A stretch of 64,000 bases of DNA. Source: Chrysomallon squamiferum (Eukaryota; Animalia; Mollusca). The translations under genes were made by a program, and so were the position numbers. Shown piece after piece: positions 14,233 to 28,738 of this stretch (positions within the stretch are counted from its first letter, which is position 1; each line of letters opens with the position of its first letter). The stretch lies in contig CM022670.1 in NCBI GenBank assembly GCA_012295275.1, positions 25,792,001 through 25,856,000 of the forward strand. The letters are read 5' to 3'. A model generated the notes under the pieces. That model saw nothing but the letters and a program-made list of their open reading frames with translations, was not told where the DNA came from and searched no databases.

Positions 14233-14425
14233 TGTGGAATAGTACATATATTGGTGCATATGCTGGCGTTAACTTTGATGAAGTGGATTTTTTGTTTCTT
14301 TTTTTTTATGTTTTATTTGTTTATTAATGTTATTATTAGTTGTAGCAGTAGTACATTTGTTTCATTATCTTAAAAATTGTTTCCATATATATATCCACAC
14401 ATGCATGGACATAATAAACACGCAA

Positions 14426-14510
<85 letters not shown>

Positions 14511-15387
14511 TAAAAATGTCAGAATAAATCACTGCAAAGTTGTTGTGTTCTCTTGTTACCCTTATTGTAGTTGTAATTGACGAATGTCGTCAAGAACATC
14601 ATAATTTAAAACTCATGCAGTCACGAGGGAAAAATACAACTGAAACATGATGATAATAATTCATGACTTTACAACGAAAATGAATAGTAATAATACAGGT
14701 AATACGAACGTTTCACTGAACATTTAATCACGCTGTTAATTTAAGTTTCCAAAGTTTGCGAGAGCAGTTTATATGTAAACGACCGATACAAAACACCTAT
14801 ATCTGTTGACGTTTATACAATAACATATTGGTATGATGGAAACAAAACATTTCAATTTAAATAATAATATTTATTTCACCGCGCGATCTTGTCTTACGAA
14901 TACATTTTTCACTAACAAACGCACCTAATCGCAAGTTGCTATATGCGACGATGTTTCTTTGCTATTTCCTGCATGAAAAACATTTAACATCACCTGAAAA
15001 TACTGCACAGAAAGATTAAGATTTTTCGGTAGGCTTAATGGACGATAATACCGTAAAAATCGTAACATTTTAGGCTTAAACAACAAACTCGGCTTTATGG
15101 CCGGATGGTTTTAATGGCCGGGACTCACAGTTTATGCAGAGTATATAGTCGCTTTTATTGCAGCAGCATAAGTACATTTTAAACGCGTATAGTATGCTGC
15201 AGACATATCATATAAGTAATTATTCAGATTAATTATGATGTTGAATGTAAAATGTAAAACTGACTGAGTTTTATACTCTTGATTTGTTTATGTTTATTTT
15301 TAAGACAATATGAATGATGACTTTTTCAAACAGTAAATCGGTGAATTTTACTGCTTTTTGTTGTTTTCTGTTACTTTTTCTTTCATG

Positions 15388-15430
<43 letters not shown>

Positions 15431-16335
15431 ATTTATTAATGTAGATTTTATTAAGGAAGGGTGTACTTGTCAGGTTTTTTTTTTTTGTTGTTGTTTAAAT
15501 GTTCTCTTGCTGCAATACTGACTCAAAGATTATTAAAAAAAAAAAAAAAAGTAAAAACATAAATGTTAATAAAAATCAACAAAAATGTTCAACAAACAAA
15601 TTCTTTCTTCTTTTTCGTCTCCTTTTTTTTTTTTTAATCGAGTTTAACTAAGATTTTAATGCTTCCATTTTGTTTCCTAAATTATTCGGAAGAAAAGGAC
15701 GTACGTAATTCATTTGACAGTATTTTCTCTTAGTTTACTTATGCAATTTATAAAAAGATTTCATCAGTGAAGGTTCTTAAATAAACCTTTCCGTGGAGTC
15801 TTTTGGTATTCAGCGGCCATGCTAAGATTAGTCTCGTGATGTATTATTAAACAACGTCAGGTTACTTCACCGTTTCACCAACAATTAGAATTTGCGTCTG
15901 TTCCATTACATCACCTTCGACCTCATCAAAGAGGCGTGCAAAACGAGGAGAGTGTGGTGTGTATAACATCCGTGCCAGTGATGTATGCCACAAGAGAATT
16001 CACGTGATTTTAATGTCAGACGCTCAAAAGAAATACTAGTGTGATTGCACAAAGAAGATGTCAGAGGGGCTCTTTACAGGTTGTCAAATTTCCTAACCTT
16101 TATTCGAGTCTACGAGTCATACTCTTCTATTTTAAAATGTGTTTAATGTTACTCTAAAACAGTAGGAATGACTTAAAACAAAATACTTGAAACTAAAATC
16201 AATCTACTCAAGTTTATTCCATTTTCCTTCTTTCCCAAAACTGAATTCCTTATTATGACAATTCCGTGAATGCAAACCATCTTCTTTAAATCTTTCTGTT
16301 TTCTTTTTCTTTTTTCTTCTTCTTTTTTCTTCTTC

Positions 16336-16407
<72 letters not shown>

Positions 16408-17039
16408 TTTGTTTATTTATTTGTTTATTTATTTATTTATTTATTTATTTGTCTTCTTCAAAGTCATCCTCATAGCAGGGTTGTGGGCCCCGTGATTACA
16501 GTTGTGGCATTAAAGATCATTTAACACTTGATGCATTAACAAAACGTCTGCGTCGTAAAATGTACAGAATTTCGTCAGTGATATGGGCGTGTAACCAATA
16601 AAAAAGTGACATTTCGTCTTCCAAAGGTTGAAAAAGAAGAAGGGTCTGCGATATCATTTGATATTCATCTGAGATAAATTCAAAACTACAAACTAGACCC
16701 AGCGTGAGATATAATTTTATGAGGTACACCATTAACAAGTTGCTGATAGCAGTCGGAATAAGTTGCTTTCCAGTAAATACGTCTTGGCATGTGTTTAACG
16801 CAATAAAATAAGTGTTTATATTTTTAAAAGTGCATGTCTCAAATAAGAAAAAAAATACTTGAAGGAAACAGCAGATAAAATTTATACATGTATTTTAAAG
16901 CAGATGGAGGAATTCTGGTTTTAAATTGAGTTAAGCTATCAGACATTCCTTTGTGATATAGACGTTTTATTCAACAATTATGTATGACAATTTCACACCC
17001 GGTCGATTGAACATACAGTGTGGTAGAATAAATTATTTT

Positions 17040-17113
<74 letters not shown>

Positions 17114-17574
17114 ACACACACACACACACACACACACACTAACTGAAGCATACGTGCACTTGTATTCCGACACACAAATTACAAACCGCTTCCAAACTGG
17201 TACTTAACAATACACATTTGGCTGGAGTCTGTACTTCACATTTACTGCGATTCTAATATCAACAGGTTCTGTATCTAGTGCTACTTCTAACATTATTTAT
17301 TAAATTTATCTTTTCTATATGCCAAAACGAACTGCACATACACACATACAAAGATAAACATATCCATGACGAATATTAAAATTAACCATATAAATACACA
17401 CAGTGTGCAGAAACAAAAAAACAAGGAGCTACACAGTTTAACAAGGAGAATATATACCAACGACCAAATACGAATTTAAAAATTCAGTGGGTATATGTTA
17501 TTTAATGACACTGTTTTCTTGAAACTCTTTCTTTTGCACTCTGTTTTTTTTTTTTTTTTCATTAAAGGTAAAGC

Positions 17575-17830
17575 TATCTGGTAATATATGATATTATTTT
17601 CATAATATTTTACGTTTAACAGGAGATTCGAATGATGTGTTCATTATATCATTTCGGTTTTGATTTCGGTTTTGTTTCGGTTTCAAGTCACCACATCCAT
17701 CATGCAGTGTTTTTGACTTTCCTGAACACTTCTATTATACAGCTGTCCACGAGGGCATGTTCGGCTTTAAGCATAAATACTGAAAATTTAATAATCTACT
17801 TTAACGTACTTTTCCAAAACCCACATCTTT
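17575..17830. repeat. Older, diverged direct copy of part of the left arm (~17930-18170)
   Basis: Shared collinear blocks: ctggtaatat; ttcaagtcac.acatccat.atgca; ttttgacttt.ctgaa.acttctattata; ccacgagggcatgttc; tttaataatctac. Confidence 0.85.
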
Positions 17831-17859
17831 TCCGTTTTTTTTAATGATTCATCTCGGTC

Positions 17860-18395
17860 CCTTTCTCTTTCTGACACTTTCTCTGTTTCTCTGGCATATT
17901 ATTTCACATTATTTTTCTTTTATTATACGTTACTGGTAATATCCGTTAACTTGAAAGAAGTTTGATATGTTCTTTAGATCACTGGAATCCTTTTAGTTTT
18001 CTCGGCTTCAAGTCACAACATCCATTATGCAATACTTTTGACTTTTCTGAAGACTTCTATTATAACGTTGACCACGAGGGCATGTTCAAGTAGAAGTATG
18101 AATGTACAAACTTTTGATAAATGAAACTTTAATAATCTACCTCAACATGCTTTGCATTTCTCACATCTTAAAGTTCTTTAGTGTTTTTCATTGCTGGTGA
18201 CAAGTCGTTCATTATCGTTGCAGTCCAACAAAGGAAACCATAATGGAACTTCAGCGTCACTCGGTAGGTAATTGCACGTCTTTTCGTGAAACGTTTCCCC
18301 GTACAAATGTTAACTTAGTGGCTAGATACTTTTACACAATGACTTAATCTATGCAGAAAAAAATTATATCCTTCGTATTTTACCCTCGTCTTTCT
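17860..18395. repeat. Left arm of a long inverted duplication (partner 20895-21435)
   Basis: 18018-18349 is the reverse complement of 20938-21270 with only ~3 differences by eye; the flanks on both sides align at visibly lower identity. Confidence 0.95.
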
Positions 18396-18669
18396 TCTGA
18401 TGCAAAGGTTATGTTAATTAGCCGTTTATGCGATGCCTGTATACATGAATGGACATTAATTACCACACACATATATAGCCGAAGTTGTACAACATTTTAA
18501 AGGGTGACGATGTGTAGATATTCAAACATAAACTGAAGAGAACATATGGTAAGTAAAATGTAAAATCCAGGTATTGTACTTCATCTTTACTTCAATGCAA
18601 GTATCTATGTACGAATGAATGAATGTGTATTTGTTTGTAAATAATGTATATATTTTTATTTTGTATTTT

Positions 18670-18706
<37 letters not shown>

Positions 18707-19222
18707 CATTCATACATATATACTTACATACATATATACGTACATTAATGCATACGTGCATACATTCATGCATCTATACATATATATATATGACTGTATG
18801 AATGAATGTAGGTATATATGTATGTATGTACGTATGAATGTATGTTATGTATAAATGAATGCATAGGTTTTTAACGCATAGTTTTCTCTTGTCTGAGCAA
18901 GACAGACACAAACAGCTGAAAGTTAATGAAGAAGAAAGAAATAGTATTATATACGATTACGGAGACAAGATAAGAAAGTGTAGCAAACGTTAGGAATGCA
19001 AGTATACAAAAATGCAGCATATGACAACATTACTCAGCAGAAAACAATGATACCCAACACCTAGAAGGATTAAGGGGGAAACCATGCATGTAAACTCCCT
19101 TTTACAGATAGTTATCTGCGGTGATTGATGTTCTGACGATTGGGTGAGCATACATAAACTAATTAGAAGTTTTGTTTAAAATGTTAAACTGACATCCAAA
19201 AGTATTTTCATATGAAATTGAA

Positions 19223-19318
<96 letters not shown>

Positions 19319-20894
19319 GGAAGGACCAAGAAAGGCAACTAGAAACAAAGACAGAGACAGAGAGATAATATAAAGAAGAAAACATAAACAGGTATATAAT
19401 GACAGTTACAAACGAAAAAAGTAAATCATAATACAAAGAAGAAAAAAACTATGAAACATGGGGGAAAGACAACAGACAAGAGTTTAAATTCTCAAAGAAG
19501 TTAATGTATCCATTTGTGATACCCGAGTCAGCTTTTAGCCTCTGTAGGCATTTGACAATTCATCAAAGAAGTCGAATTTGAAAAACGTGACAAACAAGCA
19601 TAGTCACCTTAATATTTTATTTTGTATCGAGATGTTTAAATCAAAGCTGACCGGCAAAGATGAAGAATGCTCATTGTTAAAGCACAGTGGTAGATAAAAT
19701 GGAAGATTTATACGAAAATAACCCACAAAAAAATAATAGTCAGTACCTAAACTATGACCGCTGGGCGTCACTCACAATGCTTCTCATCTCCATTTGTCAC
19801 GGATTACTGACACAGTTTGACTTCCAGTTCTAGAAATAACAAACTCATTGTTGCCTTTTTTCACTGCAAATGTTTGTTCAAACCCCGTACTCAACTATGA
19901 TTCCCACAGAGTGAAATATTTCGTTGATTCTTTTCAAATATGAACATCCAGCTCTTGTTCCCTGAGAGTTAAAAACCTAGGGAAAGGGTCATTGAAGTAT
20001 GAGCATTCCGAGTCATTTGGTTTTTTATTGATGCCAAGTCTTCCATATTAAATGGTAAAATGATGTTAATGTTTTGTGGACGTGATCCAATGCTCGTAAC
20101 ATTTGTAAATCTGTTTAATTTGTTAATACCTTGGTAGATAATAAGGGCAGTTTACATTCATCTTTTTTCCTTCTTATTTTTTTTTTTTTTATCAGGTTAA
20201 GTTGAATTATATTTAAGGAAAATGTCTTTATTATGATTACTTCAGAATCGATTTCATAAAGACATTTTTCATTCTAACACAAAAAGGTCTGTGATTTTGT
20301 TTTGGACATGTGCTCGTTGTGTTTTAGTTATGTGTATGATATATATGTGCATATATGTATGCAAACAATAATTTTTAGTTCATATTTTTAATGTGTTCAT
20401 GCTATTTCGAATTTTTAAAAGATTGTGGGAACTGAGCCCCCTTAAGGCAAAAGCCCCTACAGGCGGACAACCAATGAAAAATCAAGGTACGTCAAGAATT
20501 CCTAGGTCCGCTTTATGTGTTTTTCTGCACAATGGTACACACAATTACGTTTTAAACGTTTCTTTATTTTTAACGAAAGGGGTGTGAAAAAAAAAAAAAA
20601 TGAAAAAAGTAATGAAAAGAAAAAGAAGAAGACGATAAACAACGACAACAAAAGTTTAAACACGGAATGTTTCTTTTGTACACAAATATCTTGAAAACAA
20701 AATAAAAATATTTCTCGATTCAAAAACACATGACCACTTACCCGTTACCGAGAAACATGACCCATTGGATTTCTATTAATTAAGTATACGTTACCCGTTT
20801 TAAATCCACTTTGATCTCGTTCTTCTTGTAAAAATACAACACCGCTGCAACCTTTGCACCGCCGAGTGAAACTAAAGCCAATATCCAAGCCACC

Positions 20895-21435
20895 TGAGAA
20901 GAAGGTAAAAACAGAGAGGATATAATTTCTCTGTATGGATTAAGTCATTGTGTAAAAGTATCTAGCCACTAAGTTAACATTTGTACGGGGAAACGTTTCA
21001 CGAAAAGACGTGCAATTACCTACCGAGTGACGCTGAAGTTCCATTATGGTTTCCTTTGTTGGACTGCAACGATAATGAACGACTTGTCACCAGCAATGAA
21101 AAACACTAAAGAACTTTAAGATGTGGGAAATGCAAAGCATGTTGAGGTAGATTATTAAAGTTTCATTTATCCAAAAGTTTGTACATTCATACTTCTACTT
21201 GAACATGCCCTCGTGGTCAACGTTATAATAGAAGTCTTCAGAAAAGTCAAAAGTATTGCATGATGGATGTGGTAACTTGAAACCGAGATAAATCTGAAAT
21301 TATCCTAATGATCTAAGAAACATATCAAACTTCTCTCAAGTTAGCGGATATTACCAGCAACGCATAATAGAAGAAAAATGTTGAAAAATAATATCTCAGA
21401 AAGAGAGACAGAGAAAGTGTGAGAAAAAGAAAGAG
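20895..21435. repeat. Right arm of a long inverted duplication (partner 17860-18395)
   Basis: For example, gattaagtcattgtgtaaaagtatctagccac at 20938 is the reverse complement of gtggctagatacttttacacaatgacttaatc ending at 18349. Confidence 0.95.
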
Positions 21436-23730
21436 AAAGATATATGCTAGTAGACGAAATGTAATAATAATAAAGATTGCATGTATAAAGCATGAATATA
21501 TATTTAAATACAGATATATGTATTATTTATAATATTTGTATGGATGGATGGACGGTTGGATGGGGTGAACAGAAAGTTGGACGGAATCTCTATTGATATA
21601 CTTGTAAAAGAGAACAGATGGAACAGACTGATGGGTGAACGGATGGACACAATAATATAATACAAATAATACGAATAGTCGCGTGCATAGAAACATCCTG
21701 ACAAACTGTGACACTGTGTTCTCTTCGCTATAATGAAAAGTCATCATCAAAGGCAAGCCACAGACTGAAGGCGTCACTATAACACGGTATATAGAGCTAT
21801 CTCGGTTTATCACACTGTGTCACTAAGTCAACAGAATCCCAAAAGCATTAGCACCGTCCAACTCGATCCATCTTTCGTGTTGGTGCCTCGTCGACGATCC
21901 TAACAACAATTTTGTTTCTTCTGTGCTTATTTGGAATTAGTTTATAAGCGCTTGGCCTGTCCTCCCATTAGCTTCTTGAGACCGTTTACAAAACCATCCA
22001 ATGTTGCGGTTTGACTCGTGCAAATCCACTATCACTGGACTTGAAATAGGTTTCATTTCTCACCTGTCAAAACTTAATTAAGCCAATACGACAAGTTTGT
22101 CTGCTATCAGACGGGGATCGGTTTTGGCGTTGATGTCTGAGTTTTCTCTTGTTGAAAACGTCGCTGTGCTTTAGACAAATTATCACACATCTCGTATAAA
22201 AAAACATCTTTAATCTAACTGACGCGAAAAATACCGTTTGACAATAGTTTAGCTTTTGTAAAAGTTTTTTTTCTTCTTTTTTTTCGTAATGCATATTCTT
22301 CATGAGATGATTACGATATGTGATGGTGCTTAGAAAACAAGTGACGTGTGAGGATAAGGAAAATAAACAAATATTAACATGAAAAGTATCAAGAAATATA
22401 CCGTAACATGAACTTTTATCAAAACACTGTCAATGTTGTTTTTTTTGTTTTTTTTTTTTGTTTTTTTTTTTTTTTTTTTTTCGTTGTTTTCTTTATCATT
22501 GTTTGGCAGCAAAGATAATACAGACGTATACAACATATAATCGCTACAGGGAAATTTATATGCAAAGATTTTATCTTGGTTTTATGTTGTTATTGTTTTG
22601 ATATTTATTTCTGGCCTTTGTTTAGTTGCTTTGTATATTTACAGGCATTTTCGTGTTTTCCTTTACATTATATTCGAAATTGTAATGAATATATATTAAT
22701 ATATATAACATAAACATCCATATACATACACACACACACATATATATATATGTGCTCAAACAGCTATGCACAAAAACCTGTTCATTCAAGCATACACACA
22801 AACATTTAGACACAAGTTAATTAAAGTAGTATTTCTATAAAAAGGTATGTAATTATTAGAAGTATTTCTTACTTTAAACACATGTAATAGTAATTCATTT
22901 TATTTCGTTGTAAAATTTATGTTCCTGAAAACGAAACATTAGAACAGTTACATAAACTACATTAAAGTCATTATATCGGTAAAAGGATAATAATAATAAT
23001 AATAAAAAAAAATAAAATATAAAAAAAAAAATATATATATAAATAAATAAATGCAGTTTCTTCATTTTTTCTCAGTCTCTATGTGTGGTCTGTGATACAG
23101 GTTCAGAAATAAACAAGTTTTGTCCTGTTTGAAAATATTAAATACACCTAAATCTTTACACGTGACAGCAAAGTCATTCCTGTACAGTTTTTTTGATGGA
23201 GACCGACACACTATAACCGGCGTGTCTCTCAGATTGTATGTGAGACAGTTTCACACAGTATCGTCATATTAAAGAGAATGTCTTCTCTTTACAGCTGTAT
23301 CACATTTTCAAACATCGTATCAGGTAAACTCAAATATTTTATATGTGGCTTGGCTATTAAATATAATCTATTTTTCTCTTTAAAAATAATAATAATAACA
23401 AAAAATAACGACAACAACAATAATAATAATAACAATCATGAACAATAATAATGATGATGATGATGGTGATGATGATGGTAATAATAATAACAATAATAAT
23501 AATAGTAATGATAATAATAACAATGATAATGATAATAATAGTAAATAATGAATAATAATTTATGAATCTATATTAAAAGGTAGAAAACATGTCTATATAA
23601 AAATAAGAAAGTTATTGTAACGAAGTGCAGTACTCGATATTGTATGTAGCAGATGTTAGATGTAATGGATATATATTTATGTAAAATTAAGTACAGTCAG
23701 GGTTGTTATTATCAGAAATAAAATCTGAAT

Positions 23731-24010
23731 CTGGGGCGGATCCAGATTTTATGACGAGGAGGGTCCACTACAAACAGGGCACCATAACATTATGAAGAGG
23801 CACTCTTGAAAAATTACACACAGTTCACATGGTCCAAAATATAATTGTTCTACAACAGGGACGCTGGCAGACGTATTCTGTAGTGTTCTACAGACCAACA
23901 GAATTTTTTTTTTAAACCTATATAAATTAGTAAAAAATTCTAAAAATCCTAAATAAAAGGGGCAATTCTCAAAATTGGTGGAATCCGGACGCCTTGGTCA
24001 CTCCCTCTAG
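23731..24010 (+). mobile_element. Decayed non-autonomous DNA transposon (GGGGCGGATCCAG-type end)
   Basis: Starts ctggggcggatccagatttt, has GGGC(A)-rich subterminal motifs and a truncated right end. Confidence 0.45.
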
Positions 24011-24494
24011 TGAATTAAACCGAGTATTTAAAATCATAATATTAAATGAGAGCAAACACTGTTTGTTTATATGCGGACATATAGTTCTTTATGTGACGTT
24101 GTTAATATTCTCTAGAATACCTATATTGTGAAATGACGAGAGAGGGAAATCAGAGTAAAGTTTTTAAGTGATGTCATAACTATTCTTTGCTAAATCATTG
24201 ATATATATATATATATATATATATTCCTTAGAGATGGTCATTTGAAACGAAATAACGAATACACACAAATGCCTAAAGGGCTACAACTTTTCTCACATAC
24301 GTTTTCGAGTCTGCAATTCTTCTACGAACAAACATCGAAATAATACTGATATTAAGTACCTCTAAACTTTCACACAACTCGACAAAGTCTTTTCTTTTTG
24401 TGCATATCCACACAAAAATACCTATCGATGTTACTCAAACTAAAACTGATAAAATACATTCTATGTTCTACTTTTTCTTTTTCTTTTTTCTTTC

Positions 24495-24525
<31 letters not shown>

Positions 24526-26619
24526 GACAAATCCAGTGTAGGCTGTAATTATTATCTTTACATTTTTAGTAGGTCAAGAGGCCACGGCACAGTTCCACAG
24601 AGCACGTTGCGATATCAAATCTAACATTATTCAAACACGTTACCGATGCGTTGTGTCGACACTTGAATGGCTGGTATCTCCGCGTTCAAATGAACATTAA
24701 AAAGGTCAAATGATCCACTTTTTCACGGGCTGCACACAAAGAAACAAGGACAATGAAATGTCAAGCATCGGTCGATCTGCTAGTCTGACTCTCTCGCTGA
24801 CATTCAATAGTAGTGACATTATTTTTTATTTAAAAAAAAAAAAAAAGAAAGAAAGAAAGAAAAAAAGAAATTCTCATTGTTGTGGGTAACTCTTTTACTG
24901 CTTTCTTTTTAGCTCTTTTTTTTCATGTTTTGATTTGTTGAGGGAGAGGTATTCTGTTTTTTATTTAGTTTTAGTTTGAGTTTTAGTTATTTATTTATTA
25001 ATTTATTTATTAATTTATTTATTATTTGTATTACCTTTTCAAGATGTCATATCTGTAATTCCATATAATTATGAGAATAAGACAAGAATTGAAATACAAA
25101 AATTACTTTTGTTGTGTATTTCCTTCATTTGTTTTATTTTAAAAAATAATTATATAAAAATATTTATTTTTGTGCAACGAGTGTGCAAAAAAACAGTATA
25201 AATGATGTTCAAAATGTCTGATGTATTTGAGTGACTGTGTTTTGTTTGTCTTTAATTTGAAAATGTTTGATGTTCTTGTTGTTTTGTTGTTGTTTTTCTT
25301 GATCACTTTTGATTTTATCTACCGCTAAACAATAGATCAGAAGTATTTTAAAGCAGTCTAAGCTGATACTTTTCACACACAAGACATTCAAGGGACATTA
25401 TCTCTGTACAGACTATTATGCAAAATGTAAGACCACAAAGGCCGATACTGAAATAAAAATTCAAGAAGCAAGAACAAAGAAATTCACATTTGAAATTTAA
25501 ATATCTAATTATTATTAAAATTACTATCATGATTACGAATGTTATCCTTTATGTCTGTCTGTATGTATGTATGGGTGTGTATTATGGACACATTGAGACA
25601 AAAAGATGGACGCAAATATATACCGAAGGACGGATGGATAAATAGACAGGCATAGAGATTAAAAAAAAATAAAAATAGATAGATATCTAGATAGATATAC
25701 TCACACGAAAATAGACATATTCAATTGTCAGTCGTTCATCCGTGTATCCGCTATAAAATAATGTTCGTTTTACGACGTTGTTGAGTTAACAGAGCACGTC
25801 GCCGCATCTCACTGTGTAGATGTAACGAGTAAAAAAATGCTTCTTCCGTCGTCGATGACAATCGTGAGGCTCGTCATTCATTCATAACTATATCCCATTC
25901 AGAATTTTACTTTAAAAAAAAAAAAAAAAAAAATTAAAAATTTGAGTCAAACCTTTCCTGTGAAAACATCATTCCGAAGTAAATGCATTTCATTCAGATA
26001 AAAAAAAAAAAAAAAAAAAAAAAATTGTGAAGTACGGTAACTGGTTTTGAAACGTATATTGTTTGCAAAGTTCAAGTTGAAAAGATTATTCTGAAAGCTA
26101 TCCTCCCATTTAATATATGTCTAATTTGTTACACCCCTGGCGTAAGCGCCAGTATAAATAAAGCCTTTTGTACAGTGTGCAGTAATGGAATGACAGTGTA
26201 TCGTGAAAGAAGAAAACAGACATGTGCATCATAATCATATTATTCTGACTTTTTTTTTTTTTCTGACAGACTGAATAAAAATATATAAATAATATGTATA
26301 TAAAATACAGGTATCACAAAAATTAAGGAGTGTTCCGTCAAGTATAAACAGATGGTTAATGCAATGACTGAAACAGGGTAAAGTTTGTTATTTTTATGAC
26401 TGATAGTCCTAATAGCACTTCACTCGTATAAAGATGTATTTTATTTGTTTCATGATTCAAAAATACAAAATACAAAAGGCACTATCAATAATTTCTCCAG
26501 TAGGAATACTCTGTTTTGTTTGGCTACTCAAGCTGATTTAATTGGTCCCTAGACTGGTGCAATATTTATTAAATTGTTGTAAACTTATTAAACTGCATGA
26601 TAAATGAAAAACAACCAAT

Positions 26620-27030
26620 ATGAGACAACTTTTCTAAGTGTCTGAATGTCTAAGGAACGTGACATAACCTTCGTAAATGACGATGTGTCTAACAAATTGG
26701 AGAAAACTCGCAGAAGTGTCCGTATATGTTATAACTGTTAGACAGCCTTCAGAAATATCCTTATGGTTAACAAAAGGTTAACATATGTAAGACAAACATT
26801 CTGTAACAAACGTTATACCACCTTCTAGTGTATTGGTATATATTCTAACAAAAGAGAGACAATCTTCCGAAGAGTCTATATGTCTAACAAATGGAAGACA
26901 TTTTCAGAAGTGTCTGCGTGTGTGATAAATGTCAGATAATTTTCAGAAATATCTGTATAACTATCAAACTTTATAAATCTCCCATATGTGCGTATCTTTA
27001 ACACATCGAAGTTACTCTTGTCAAGTGCCT
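26620..27030. repeat. Degenerate minisatellite, ~40 bp unit
   Basis: Recurrent agaca..cttcagaagtgtc..tatatgtctaacaaa blocks. Confidence 0.65.
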
Positions 27031-28485
27031 ATATTAATGATCGTTTTATTTTGATTGTCTACTTTATATTCAGTGTTTATAAAAGGCAATATCGCTAGAA
27101 TAACAGAAGTGTATGAATTAAATTTTCTTAATTTCACTTTGACTACATGATTTTATAATACTTTAAAATTAAGTATATTCAGTCTATGAAAAGTCAAAGA
27201 AAAGAACCGAAGGAAACAAAACACATACAAACAAAACACAGGGAGAAAGATTAAATGAAGAGATAAAATAGTTATTAAATAACAAAATGTCTTTATTTAA
27301 AAAAAAAAAAAATTAAATGTTACCTTTTCCAACATATAAATAATTTAGGCACGCCCCGTTTTCTTCTCTCCGCGGTTTGCTAACTCTTTATGTTATAAAT
27401 AATATTGGGCTTTATACTCCGAAATAGTTTATTAACAGTATCTTTATTGCCCGGAGTGTCCGTTAAAAACGCATAGTAAGTTGCTTAAGCGAACAAGAGA
27501 CAGGAAATGCGGTATTTTGTTACTAATCTTTCCAGACCCTTCCTTTCAAAAAAACCGCTCCAAAACAACCAATAAAGCGCAGTAACATGGCAAAGAAAAA
27601 CATGTAAATAAACATTCCTGTTACCCGCGGTGCCTTCTTCATAGGTACGCACATAAATACAAATTCATGCATTTAGAACTATTTGTATATACAGTGGGAA
27701 GGTAAACAGGTACCCGTTTAAAAGTCGCGTGGCGAGAAAATGGTTGGCCTGCGGGATTTTTAAATTAACTGCGTTGCTGAGTGTTGTATATCAACAAGCA
27801 GAGACAAAAATGAATAGCAAATATCTCACGTTGGCGGTTGCAACGCTCTGCACAAGTATAAAAGATTTGCCGATACTTGGAGTGAGAGGAGTTGACGAGA
27901 GTACGACAGATACAGTTTCAGTTCCCCACAGTCAAACGACTATTGAAAATACATTCTTCCAACGATTTCCGCTTAAACAAGCCCTTTTTCTTTTTGCATC
28001 CTCTTCTTCCTTTTGCGGTGCAGGATGCTTATTGTTGTTTGTAGTTTTAGTGCCTCATTATATTTTATGTTGTAAAATAAAAGTACATCAAGACATGACC
28101 TTTTTTAACGTATTTAATACCGGTTACTGATTTACTGTTCCAGTATGCTCCATCTTGAACAACAACTGGTAAAAATGTACAAAAATGATTAGCACTGTTT
28201 CCGTAATCAAATTGTTTGTTTTATGGCACAGATTAAAACCTTCTGACTGAAATGAAAATACGACAAAAGTCCTACTTATATTTAAGAAACCTAACAATAA
28301 AATTTGAATGCTTTATTTAAATACTTTTAATGTTTTAATCTATTTTTTAAATTAAGAAATAAAATAAAGCTGGGTATACCTCGAACGTAGAAGAATGACA
28401 AAAATATTATACAGATTGATTAATAAACATGTAACAGCCATATATATGTAATAACCATATATGCACATATTTATAATGTAAAAAA

Positions 28486-28517
<32 letters not shown>

Positions 28518-28738
28518 GGATAATATTAAACAAAATAATTATCTAAATAAACAGCTGTTGTATTATACTAGATAGAAGTGTAAAAATCGCACTATTTTAA
28601 TAACGAATGTTAACTGATGCTGTTTTCAGAAAGGCGGTCATCGGAAATGACATGGTAAGAACATTTCAGAAATGCGTTTGTTGATATATCTGAATTAAAT
28701 TTATGACATTGCTTTACATAATTGTTCATAAATATATT

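Noticed and set aside
18260-18300. AATTGCAC (miR-92-like seed) within the inverted repeat core
   Set aside because: The rest does not match miR-92 and I could not see a convincing local pre-miRNA hairpin.
27729-28130. 133-aa ORF with hydrophobic stretches
   Set aside because: GTG start, low-complexity T-rich origin of the hydrophobicity, and no family motif.
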